IMG/VR virus record: IMGVR_UViG_3300037163_000032
Location: 1-39,301 of that record
Origin: a virus
DNA length: 39,301 bases
Reading direction: 5' to 3' (one strand)
The notes below the pieces were generated by a model that was not told the origin of the DNA, did no database searches, and saw only the letters and a program-made list of their open reading frames with translations. The position numbers and the translations under genes are program-made. Below are positions 17,845 through 25,137 of the stretch, piece after piece (position 1 is the first letter of the stretch; each line of letters starts with the position of its first letter).

Positions 17845-17886
17845 CTCACAGCCGTTCGCCCTGGGGTTCCGCCGGGATCGCGGGTT
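17845..17886 (-). repeat. 42-bp GC-rich start-proximal element, copy B
   Basis: Identical to 17231-17272. The two copies are 614 bp apart in direct orientation. Confidence 0.9.
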
Positions 17887-17917
17887 GAGAGCTTCATGCT
17901 CCCTGTTTCATGATTAA

Positions 17918-17946
17918 ACAATACGCAACGCTTGCGCATCGCGCAA
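17918..17946 (-). promoter_or_regulatory. Candidate sigma70-type promoter with an overlapping palindromic operator for the moron operon
   Basis: The minus strand reads TTGCGC-N17-TATTGT. The -35 element is half of the perfect palindrome TTGCGC-GAT-GCGCAA (17932-17946), and a third CGCAA half-site lies at 17925-17929. Confidence 0.35.
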
Positions 17947-18066
17947 CAAAAAAGTGAAGATTTTTTACGATTTTCTTTTTACAGAGGGGTTTTACCTATG
18001 AAGAATTGGAGAAAAATTGCGAAAAGACAGAGGTTTAGGCGGTGTTTTAAAACCGAAAACTGAAAT

Positions 18067-19923
18067 TTACATCGCAGTTTTTTCGTTTGCTGTCTGCTCG
18101 CTCTGCAACTCGAACGGGTCCGGCCAGACTCCGGCCAGCGTGGCGTAGAGGCAAGCCATCTTGAGTAGGTCGCGGGCGTGATTTGCTTTGGCGTGCTTAG
18201 TGTCAACTGGTTGCCACTGCCAAATGAACTTGCCTTGCTTGCGGACGCGCACTTTTATTTCCGAATTCACTTGCTCCCAAAATTCGCGCTCAACCGGATC
18301 GGACGGGTCAAGGTCGCTCTCAATGCTCTCAGAGTCAATAAGCCCTTGCACCTTGTCATTCATCGTGTCCGAAGAAAAACGGATCAACGGCGTTGTTCCG
18401 AGGGGTGTCTCTGAGTCGCCAACGGTCTGCATATACGATCTTTGCACCTGGAATGATGAACCATCCCCGCGCTTTACTGTCTGAGCGAAACTGTCAACAA
18501 AGCCAACACCTTTCAGCGCTACCCAGTCATATTTGATACACGCCGCATAAACGCCTCGGTCGCTTTTGCTTTGGAATCCCGAATCAATCCCGGGGCGAAA
18601 CGATAGCGAGTCAATCCCAAGGCCGATTTTCCATTTGACTTGCACGGCCAAAATATCGTCAAAGCTGTGGACTTTCCCGAACCAGAGTTTGCGCGCCCTA
18701 CCCGCTTTGTTGAACGCAATCACGAGCACCCAAAAGACATCCTCTTGCTGACGGTCTATCAACAGGAAGCGGGCCACCTCGTCCGGCCATGTGCCGTCGG
18801 CCTCGAACACCACCCGCTTGTAATCCCTCTCAACGTCAAGCGCGTAGCGGCTCGATGCCTGGTTCGCAAGCCGTTTTTGGATGAACGTGCGGGTCGGCCT
18901 TTCGTCACGAACAGATGCCCAGGTGTTGCGAGCGGTTAGCCAATCCATGACTTCATAATCCCATCGCTCTGTCAGAAACGCATTCCACGCATAGGAGTGA
19001 CGCTCCGCGCTCTTGAGTGTGCCGACGCTCTCCCATCTCCCGGTCTGCAACCACGTCTCGCGGAGGACGGGTGACCACTGGTGATGGTGTTGACAATGGA
19101 AACACTCGAACGCGATGGTGGGCACAACTTTGTCAATCACCCATAGCCCGCGGTCGTCTTTGTGTGATTCCCAAACAATGCCCCACCGCGTCCCGTCATC
19201 TCGGCGCCCCTGAAACAAAAGCTCCTGATATTGGCCGCATGCTTGGCAGGGAACGAACCACCGGAACTGCTCTCCACTCTCGTGTTGTATATCCCAGACA
19301 TCTCCCTCGGTTGATCCCTGCGCGGTGCATAGCAGCTTGTCAATGCCCATGCGCCGGGCGTCGCCAAGCCGCGCTTTGATCTCGCCGATGTTCTTTGCAA
19401 TCTCTTCCATCCACATCTCGTCAATGTGCATGTACCGGTAGCCTTTGGCCTGCAACTCTGAGAGTGAAGGGCCGGAAACGTATATGCTTTGGCCGGACGG
19501 CAGGATGATTTCGTTTTCCCGCGTCTTGTGCCGGTCGGTACTCTTGATCTCATCGAACCCCGGGATCGACCGGAGCAGCTTGAACGTCTTGGTCTCGGCT
19601 TCCTCGTGGGCCACCTTCTTGCTTTGGAGCACAAGCTTGAAAGTCCCAGGATCGTTGAACACTTTGTGCGCCAAGAAAATCTGGCCAATGAGCGACTTTG
19701 CGCTTCGCGTCGGCGCGCGCACGTTCACCTCGTGAACTGTGTTTACTTGCAAGTCCGTGAAGATCGACTTGAAGTGCGGCGAGTGCGCAACGGAGAACGG
19801 CCCGGTGATTGTCCACGGCGGAAACAGGCGGACGTGTTCATGCGCCCATTCCCACATTGGCCTACGGTCACGGCGGGCAAAGAGAGCCGACAGCGATTTT
19901 TTAACTGTTTGTTTTACACCCAT
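18067..19923 (-). CDS. terL: Terminase large subunit, GpA (lambda A) family (618 aa)
   Basis: About 620 aa. Shows a Walker-A-like motif (RAPTRSAKS), a Walker-B-like motif (YRYMHIDEMW) and the GpA-typical Zn-ribbon stretch (FVPCQACGQYQELLF ... FECFHCQHHH). It follows the small subunit gene. Confidence 0.85.
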   Translation of the reverse strand: MGVKQTVKKSLSALFARRDRRPMWEWAHEHVRLFPPWTITGPFSVAHSPHFKSIFTDLQVNTVHEVNVRAPTRSAKSLIGQIFLAHKVFNDPGTFKLVLQSKKVAHEEAETKTFKLLRSIPGFDEIKSTDRHKTRENEIILPSGQSIYVSGPSLSELQAKGYRYMHIDEMWMEEIAKNIGEIKARLGDARRMGIDKLLCTAQGSTEGDVWDIQHESGEQFRWFVPCQACGQYQELLFQGRRDDGTRWGIVWESHKDDRGLWVIDKVVPTIAFECFHCQHHHQWSPVLRETWLQTGRWESVGTLKSAERHSYAWNAFLTERWDYEVMDWLTARNTWASVRDERPTRTFIQKRLANQASSRYALDVERDYKRVVFEADGTWPDEVARFLLIDRQQEDVFWVLVIAFNKAGRARKLWFGKVHSFDDILAVQVKWKIGLGIDSLSFRPGIDSGFQSKSDRGVYAACIKYDWVALKGVGFVDSFAQTVKRGDGSSFQVQRSYMQTVGDSETPLGTTPLIRFSSDTMNDKVQGLIDSESIESDLDPSDPVEREFWEQVNSEIKVRVRKQGKFIWQWQPVDTKHAKANHARDLLKMACLYATLAGVWPDPFELQSEQTANEKTAM

Positions 19924-20410
19924 TTATTTCGTCAATCTTCGCCGGAATCGCGGCCATCGCATCGCACACTTGGTCAAATATCTCCTGCCCGACCTCGCGC
20001 AGCTTGCCCACGTCGCTCCCGCACGCGGACGCCGCCACCGGCATTTCGTTGCAGAGCTTTTGTTCGATCACCTGGCGGGCCTGCGTCATGACCATTGTCA
20101 ACCATTCGGCGAAGTCTGCCGCCGGTTGGAGCAAGCCTTCCTCTCGGTCGTTGGCAATCTTGAGCTTGCGCCATTGCTCGAACTCTTTGCGCTGCCTGTC
20201 GCTGCCGCCATCGATCCCGTCAGGCGGGCTGTGAGAAGACAGCCAAGGTTTCAACTCATTCGCATAAACCCGCGAGCCGTGAAAGCCGGGTGATCCTGCG
20301 GACTTTGCCCAAGACAGCAGCCGCTTTGTGGTTCCAAGCCCCGCCGCAGCCTGCGCCATCGAATCGTAGCGGATAATTTCTACCGAACATGTTTTTCTTT
20401 TGTGTGACAT
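19901..20410 (-). CDS. terS: Terminase small subunit, Nu1-like (169 aa)
   Basis: N-terminal HTH (MAQAAAGLGTTKRLLSWAKSAG.PGF) is followed by the conserved helix KEFEQWRKLKIANDREEGLLQPAADF. It overlaps terL by 23 nt. Confidence 0.7.
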   Translation of the reverse strand: MSHKRKTCSVEIIRYDSMAQAAAGLGTTKRLLSWAKSAGSPGFHGSRVYANELKPWLSSHSPPDGIDGGSDRQRKEFEQWRKLKIANDREEGLLQPAADFAEWLTMVMTQARQVIEQKLCNEMPVAASACGSDVGKLREVGQEIFDQVCDAMAAIPAKIDEINGCKTNS

Positions 20411-20413
20411 AAG

Positions 20414-20446
20414 TGTATTGCGCTCAATAGCGCCTATTGTAATAGC
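20414..20446. promoter_or_regulatory. Array of four alternating TATTG/CAATAG half-sites just upstream of terS
   Basis: tattgcgc-tcaatag-cgc-ctattg-taatag. The segment caatag-cgc-ctattg (20425-20439) is a perfect 15-bp palindrome. Confidence 0.4.
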
Positions 20447-20621
20447 ATATATAGCCCGTGTGGTATGCGCCGTGGGCGTTTGTTGATTTTTTCAGCGGTC
20501 ATGCGGACTGGGTGGAATGCTTTGCGACCTCCGTTTCATCACCTTGGAATAGATTCCTTATAGCCCCCAGGGGTGATATAGGGTGGGTTATGGATTGTAT
20601 TGGTATCGCGTACATAGCGTA

Positions 20622-21182
20622 TTACAACGTGTCTTTAAACGCTCTCAGATCGGCTAAGGCGCGTTCGATCCCTGCGATGGTCTGTTCGGCGGCGCTTGCG
20701 AGCGTGGCGCGCTGGCGGTCGGTCAGCGCGTCAGATTCAAGCAACGTGAGCCGCCGTGAGAGTTTGATTGCATCGACCAAATAGGTGCTCATGCTGTCCT
20801 GTGGTGTCACCGGGCGCAGCCTGTGGTTTGACTGCTGCTTACCGATGTTGAGGTGTTTCAGCCCCAGCAATCGGCGCAGCTTGTCCACTCGGTCAAGGAT
20901 GTTCTTCTCAGTGCATTGATAGCGAGCCGCAAGGTCGCTGACAGTTGTTCCGATGTCGCGCTTATCCACAAATGCCCCCGTTGCGTAGATCAGGCAGTCA
21001 ACCGACATGCGCGGGTTGTGGTAGGTGCGGATGACGCTAACCAATCGAGCGATGGTGTTGATGCGGATGTCGTCAATGTCATCTTGCAGGACCTGGACAG
21101 GAGTGTCGTCATTAGGCAACGATGGCCACACAACATGGACTGGTCGTGCATCGTCTTCGTAGTAGCTCTCGTTGGTGGTCAT
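20622..21182 (-). CDS. HTH-containing putative transcription regulator (186 aa)
   Basis: The segment TTVSDLAARYQCTEKNILDRVDKLRRLLGL resembles a sigma region-4 / LuxR-type HTH. It is the last early gene before the packaging genes. Confidence 0.4.
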   Translation of the reverse strand: MTTNESYYEDDARPVHVVWPSLPNDDTPVQVLQDDIDDIRINTIARLVSVIRTYHNPRMSVDCLIYATGAFVDKRDIGTTVSDLAARYQCTEKNILDRVDKLRRLLGLKHLNIGKQQSNHRLRPVTPQDSMSTYLVDAIKLSRRLTLLESDALTDRQRATLASAAEQTIAGIERALADLRAFKDTL

Positions 21183-21191
21183 GAGTTGGTG

Positions 21192-21527
21192 TCAGGCAGT
21201 GAAAAGCGTCTTCTGGTCAGGGTCAGGAACAATGCCCTCGGCATCATCGGATGTGCGCTGCGTGAATGACATTTTTGTTTTCACGATGGGAGTCTTCCCG
21301 GTCAAATCGAACTTCGTACGCGTGCCAACGGCGACTTGACCTTCAGATTCGTCAAGCCTGGCAACTTCGCAGATTTGCTCCCAGTGTGAGGAGAAAAGGG
21401 AGACAAATTGAGCGGCTATTGTGCTCATAGTAGCGGCTTTGATTCCAGACGTGTTCGTGAAACGCGCCACGGCTGCCGCGAGTTGATCTTCGGGTGATTT
21501 GTATGTTTCTGTTTGGGTTGCTTGCAT
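21192..21527 (-). CDS. Hypothetical protein (111 aa)
   Basis: Minus-strand ORF in series with its neighbours. No motif was recognised. Confidence 0.5.
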   Translation of the reverse strand: MQATQTETYKSPEDQLAAAVARFTNTSGIKAATMSTIAAQFVSLFSSHWEQICEVARLDESEGQVAVGTRTKFDLTGKTPIVKTKMSFTQRTSDDAEGIVPDPDQKTLFTA

Positions 21528-21583
21528 GGTGTTTTTTTCTTTCTGTTTGTCTGTCTGCTACTTCACCCCTGCTTGTAGTGACG

Positions 21584-21613
21584 CTTCTAGGGTCATTGTA
21601 ACAGAGATGTCAA
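21584..21613 (-). promoter_or_regulatory. Candidate sigma70-type promoter
   Basis: The minus strand reads TTGACA (21613-21608)-N18-TAGAAG (21589-21584), within a 97-bp intergenic gap flanked by two AAGCAGGG direct repeats. Confidence 0.3.
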
Positions 21614-21624
21614 GCCCTGCTTAT

Positions 21625-21813
21625 TTAGGCTGTGAACGTGTTTACGGTTGTTTTGTTGAGATTCTTTGCTCTTTCCTCTGCGGCGAGCCTGGCGTTGATT
21701 TCCCGGAGTTGCTCGGGTGTCTTCATCGACAAGAGGCCGGAGCGGAATCCAGCCGAAACGAGATTTGGGGCGTTGCGTAGGAGTTCAATTCTTTCTGACA
21801 TTGGAATATACAT
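21625..21813 (-). CDS. Hypothetical protein (62 aa)
   Basis: Minus-strand ORF after dnaB. No motif was recognised. Confidence 0.45.
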   Translation of the reverse strand: MYIPMSERIELLRNAPNLVSAGFRSGLLSMKTPEQLREINARLAAEERAKNLNKTTVNTFTA

Positions 21814-21824
21814 AAACGTGTTTT

Positions 21825-23225
21825 CTAATCATTGTGTGGTGGTGGTGGAATGTTGTCGTCATCAATCGGTGATCGAAGCTCAAATCGGAATTGTGAGGCA
21901 AGGAACGTGAAGCGCACTTCTCCGGTCTCACCGTCCTTGTTCTTAGCTATGATGCAATCCACGTCGTGTATGTCTGTTGTGGAGTCCTTGCAGTAGAGCA
22001 GGAGCGCTTTATTGACATCGTAGTCAATCTGGCCGGACTGGCGCAAATCGCGCAACACAGGCTTGCGGTCCTCATTCGGGCGAGAAAGCGAACTCACCGC
22101 AATGACGGGGCAATTCAGTTCCTTGGCTAGATTCTTAAGCGCCTTGCTGGCATTTGTAACGCGCTCGAACTCGTCCTTGCCCCGGGTCTGTAGCAATTGC
22201 AGGTAGTCCACGATGAACAGGCGAGCCCCGGCTTGGTAGTCCTGGCGTGCGGCGGCGAACAACTGGCCGTCTGTCATGGCCGTGTCGTGTAGCATCAACC
22301 GTGTGCGGATTGCCGCTGTGCGATTCACGCCCAGACTCATTTTCTCGAAGTGTCCTTGCAACGCCGTCCCTTTCAGGAACGCGGCGCCATCAACCTGCCC
22401 AAGAATGCAGTGGATGCGGTGAACCAACGACTTAGCCGAGGTTTCCAGAGACATAATGCTGACAGTGACACCGGCATGCGCGGCGCGGACGGCGATATTG
22501 AGCGCCAGCGTTGTTTTGCCCGACGATGGCACGCCGCCGATGACGATCAGCTCCTGCCCTGTCAATCCGCCAAGTTTGCGGTCGAGGTCTGAATATCCAG
22601 TCGATATTCCCATAAGCGTCTGGCTCGTCATAGCCGCTTCGTAATCCGAAACGAGTTGCTGTTGAACCGCACTCACGTCCGCCCGTCCCCGGCCAGTCTC
22701 AACGCCCTGGCGGATCAATAAGGCAGCCCGCTCGAAATCAGAGAGAAAATTATCAACCTCCGGCGGGCAGTCGAAGGCGGCTCCTGCGGTGGACGTGCAG
22801 AGTGTGATTGCTTTTCTGAGAATGTATTTTTCGGTGAGGATGTCCGCGTAATACCGCAAGTTCAACGCGCAGCCTGTTGCTTCCGGCAAGCTGGCCAGAA
22901 ACGCCATGCCGCCGACTTGGTCAAGCTGCCCTCGATCTCTCAACCGTTGCACTACTGTCAACGTGTCAACGTGGTCCCCGGCCTGAAACATCTCGATCAA
23001 CGTGGAGTAGATCGTGCGGTGTCTAAGATCGTAAAACACGTCTGCGCCAGAAGGGAACAACAGCATTGCCTCGCCGATGACATCCTGTGAAAGCAGACAA
23101 CAGCCCAGGACGCCTTGCTCTGCTTCGATTGAGTGCGGGGGTAGTCTATCCACCATCCGGGTCGCTTTCGTGCGTTGGCGACCCCTCCTTGCTTCAAATT
23201 CGGCCATTTTCGGTTCTTCGCTCAT
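21825..23225 (-). CDS. dnaB: Replicative DNA helicase DnaB (466 aa from ATG 23225)
   Basis: Motifs LPPHSIEAEQGVLGCCLL (DnaB N-domain), Walker A GGVPSSGKTTLALNIA, FIVDYLQLL and SLSRPNEDR are present. ATG 23225 forms an ATGA overlap with the upstream stop. Confidence 0.95.
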   Translation of the reverse strand: MSEEPKMAEFEARRGRQRTKATRMVDRLPPHSIEAEQGVLGCCLLSQDVIGEAMLLFPSGADVFYDLRHRTIYSTLIEMFQAGDHVDTLTVVQRLRDRGQLDQVGGMAFLASLPEATGCALNLRYYADILTEKYILRKAITLCTSTAGAAFDCPPEVDNFLSDFERAALLIRQGVETGRGRADVSAVQQQLVSDYEAAMTSQTLMGISTGYSDLDRKLGGLTGQELIVIGGVPSSGKTTLALNIAVRAAHAGVTVSIMSLETSAKSLVHRIHCILGQVDGAAFLKGTALQGHFEKMSLGVNRTAAIRTRLMLHDTAMTDGQLFAAARQDYQAGARLFIVDYLQLLQTRGKDEFERVTNASKALKNLAKELNCPVIAVSSLSRPNEDRKPVLRDLRQSGQIDYDVNKALLLYCKDSTTDIHDVDCIIAKNKDGETGEVRFTFLASQFRFELRSPIDDDNIPPPPHND

Positions 23226-24133
23226 TTCGATTCTTTCCACTTTTTGCACTGGTTCTGCCAAGCGGAGAAATAAGCGTCGAAGTCGCCTTCCGACTTGAAT
23301 TCCTCGCGCTTTGGCCCGCGCTCCGGCGTGTAGATGCGCCCGTCGATCTTCCACACCTTGGGCGCGTTCGCTGGCTCCGGCGGCTTAATTCCTTCCCTGG
23401 CCAGCCTGTCACGCTGGTATGCCCATTCCGTCGCAAGGTGGCTCTGCCAGCGTCGAATGGGCACGTCCTTGGCATCACGCCCGCCGCGCCCTGCGGCTTT
23501 CTCCCAAGTCCGCCGGGTAAAGTCCGCCGGGCAACAGACCGAAGCACTGGCCAGAACGGCTGCTTCTGCGGTCTTTGGGAACTCTGGTGGAAATTCAACA
23601 GCTTGCTCCCCCTCGCCGTCGCTGCCCGCAGCATGCGGGCTGCTGGCGATAGGCGGGGACGAAGGCGAAGGCGAAGGCGGGGACGAAGGCGAAGGCGAAG
23701 GCGAAGGCGGGGAGGCGTGCAACGCGCTGGCATTGTGCGGGCATTCTGCTTGCGGCTTGCTGGCATTGTGCGGGCATTCTGCTTGCGGCTTGCTGGCATT
23801 GTGCGGGCATTCTGGATATTTGCTTGGTGTTCGAGTCCGTTCTGTCCACCGCTGCATCTGTAAATACCGTTTGCCGTCAACATCGTAGAGCGCGATCAAG
23901 TCATGCTGGCACAATGACAGCAAAGCGCCGTCAATTGTCTGCACGCTCATGTCATTTGATTGAGGATCACCAAACGGGAATGCCTCATTTCGGACCAACA
24001 TCGGGTGCGCCTCATACCGCCCAAAATCGTCCACCATCATAATTAGGCGAACGTATAGCGACTGCTCAAGCCAAGGAAGCTTGTTCCAGCGCTCGCTCTG
24101 GCGCAGTTGGGGGCGTAAAAGTCTTATCGGCAT
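23222..24133 (-). CDS. Putative replication initiator / replisome organiser with a repeat-rich linker (303 aa)
   Basis: It lies immediately upstream of dnaB and is ATGA-coupled to it. The N-terminal domain (WLEQSLYVRLIMMVDDFGRYE...) is winged-helix-like, as in phage replisome organisers. The central linker carries ECPHNASKPQA x2.7 and (S/P)-rich repeats. Confidence 0.5.
   Translation of the reverse strand: MPIRLLRPQLRQSERWNKLPWLEQSLYVRLIMMVDDFGRYEAHPMLVRNEAFPFGDPQSNDMSVQTIDGALLSLCQHDLIALYDVDGKRYLQMQRWTERTRTPSKYPECPHNASKPQAECPHNASKPQAECPHNASALHASPPSPSPSPSSPPSPSPSSPPIASSPHAAGSDGEGEQAVEFPPEFPKTAEAAVLASASVCCPADFTRRTWEKAAGRGGRDAKDVPIRRWQSHLATEWAYQRDRLAREGIKPPEPANAPKVWKIDGRIYTPERGPKREEFKSEGDFDAYFSAWQNQCKKWKESK
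23727..23814. repeat. 33-bp tandem direct repeat, 2.7 copies, inside the initiator gene
   Basis: ctggcattgtgcgggcattctgcttgcggcttg occurs at 23727-23759 and 23760-23792, with a partial copy at 23793-23814. A GGCGAA hexamer tract lies adjacent at about 23650-23715. Confidence 0.9.
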
Positions 24134-24135
24134 TG

Positions 24136-24615
24136 CTAATTTCCTTTTGTGTTCCCGCGAAGTTCTTCAACGAACGCGGTTGCGCTCGGAACGTCATTCC
24201 ACGCTTCACGGCCTTTGGCCCAGAGCTTTTGCAGCGTCGACTCTTGCTCTACAGCGTCTATAAATTCACGCATCGAACGCACGATGTATACGTGGTGATT
24301 TAGTGCTTCGAGATGATGTTTTAGGGCGGCTTGTTCTACTGACAGCTTGCCGGTTCGGCTCTTGCACTCGACAAGCAGGCAACCCCATGGGGCGAAGATC
24401 AAGAAGTCTGGCTCGCCTTCCACTCTTTTTGTTGGTGAGCACATAGCGCCGTGAAACGGAACCCAAGGTCGAGGAGAGGCATTTTTGCAGTAGTCAATAA
24501 TCTGCTCATGCAAATCCGCCTCGCGTTCAACACCATCCGAGGATGCGGAGTGGATTTCTTTTGCAGATTTACGAAACAGAAACGCGTCGTATTCCGCTTG
24601 TGTCATGTTCGGCAT
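24136..24615 (-). CDS. VRR-NUC domain nuclease (159 aa)
   Basis: GEPDFLIFAPWGCLLVECKSRTGKLSVEQ matches the VRR-NUC PD-(D/E)XK core. Confidence 0.75.
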   Translation of the reverse strand: MPNMTQAEYDAFLFRKSAKEIHSASSDGVEREADLHEQIIDYCKNASPRPWVPFHGAMCSPTKRVEGEPDFLIFAPWGCLLVECKSRTGKLSVEQAALKHHLEALNHHVYIVRSMREFIDAVEQESTLQKLWAKGREAWNDVPSATAFVEELRGNTKGN

Positions 24616-25048
24616 GATAAATGAAATGGAGTTTTGAAACTTGATCTTCTGTCAGCGTGTTGCCGTACAGCATTGCGGCAATGTGGTATGCGGCCTCGGG
24701 GGTGTTTTCTATTCCGTGCTTTGCGAAATGGTCGAATTCAGACCTTTGCCCCCAATTCGTTAATGAGTAATCGAGCAATTGGCCGCAAGTGTCACAATGA
24801 GCGCAACCGTCAGATTCCAGCGGCCATCCACCGTCTAGGTGTTCTAAAAGCTCTAAAACGTCGGGCTTGCCTTGGTTCTCTGCTATGAGTTTCAGGCGGC
24901 GTTCCTCTCCGCAGTCAAAGCAGAATAAACCACACTCATTGGCGGCATTGTGCATGAACCAATAAGGAGATTGCGGGTCGGCGTCCTTAACTGTGGCCTC
25001 TACCCACTCCTGAAGTGACTCGTAAGTGATTTTTGTTGGCGGTGTCAT
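24569..25048 (-). CDS. Hypothetical Cys-cluster (Zn-binding?) protein (159 aa)
   Basis: Shows CGLFCFDCGE and CAHCDTCGQ clusters. It is ATGA-coupled to the upstream micro-ORF. Confidence 0.5.
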   Translation of the reverse strand: MTPPTKITYESLQEWVEATVKDADPQSPYWFMHNAANECGLFCFDCGEERRLKLIAENQGKPDVLELLEHLDGGWPLESDGCAHCDTCGQLLDYSLTNWGQRSEFDHFAKHGIENTPEAAYHIAAMLYGNTLTEDQVSKLHFIYHAEHDTSGIRRVSVS

Positions 25049-25137
25049 TCATCCTCCTTTGACCATAGCAGCACTGCGACAATCACGACCGCAGCCAGGG
25101 CGATGCACATTCCCTTGAATAGTTCGGTGGGTATCAT
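25045..25137 (-). CDS. 30-aa single-TM micro-protein, not in the ORF track
   Basis: Hand translation gives MIPTELFKGMCIALAAVVIVAVLLWSKEDE*. Its ATG and its TGA each form ATGA overlaps with the flanking genes. Confidence 0.5.
   Translation of the reverse strand: MIPTELFKGMCIALAAVVIVAVLLWSKEDE

Noticed and set aside
20458-20784. The plus-strand 108-aa ORF that starts in the terS-upstream gap might be a real gene.
   Set aside because: More than half of it is antisense to the 186-aa HTH gene. It has no leader signal. It would be the only plus-strand gene in the genome.
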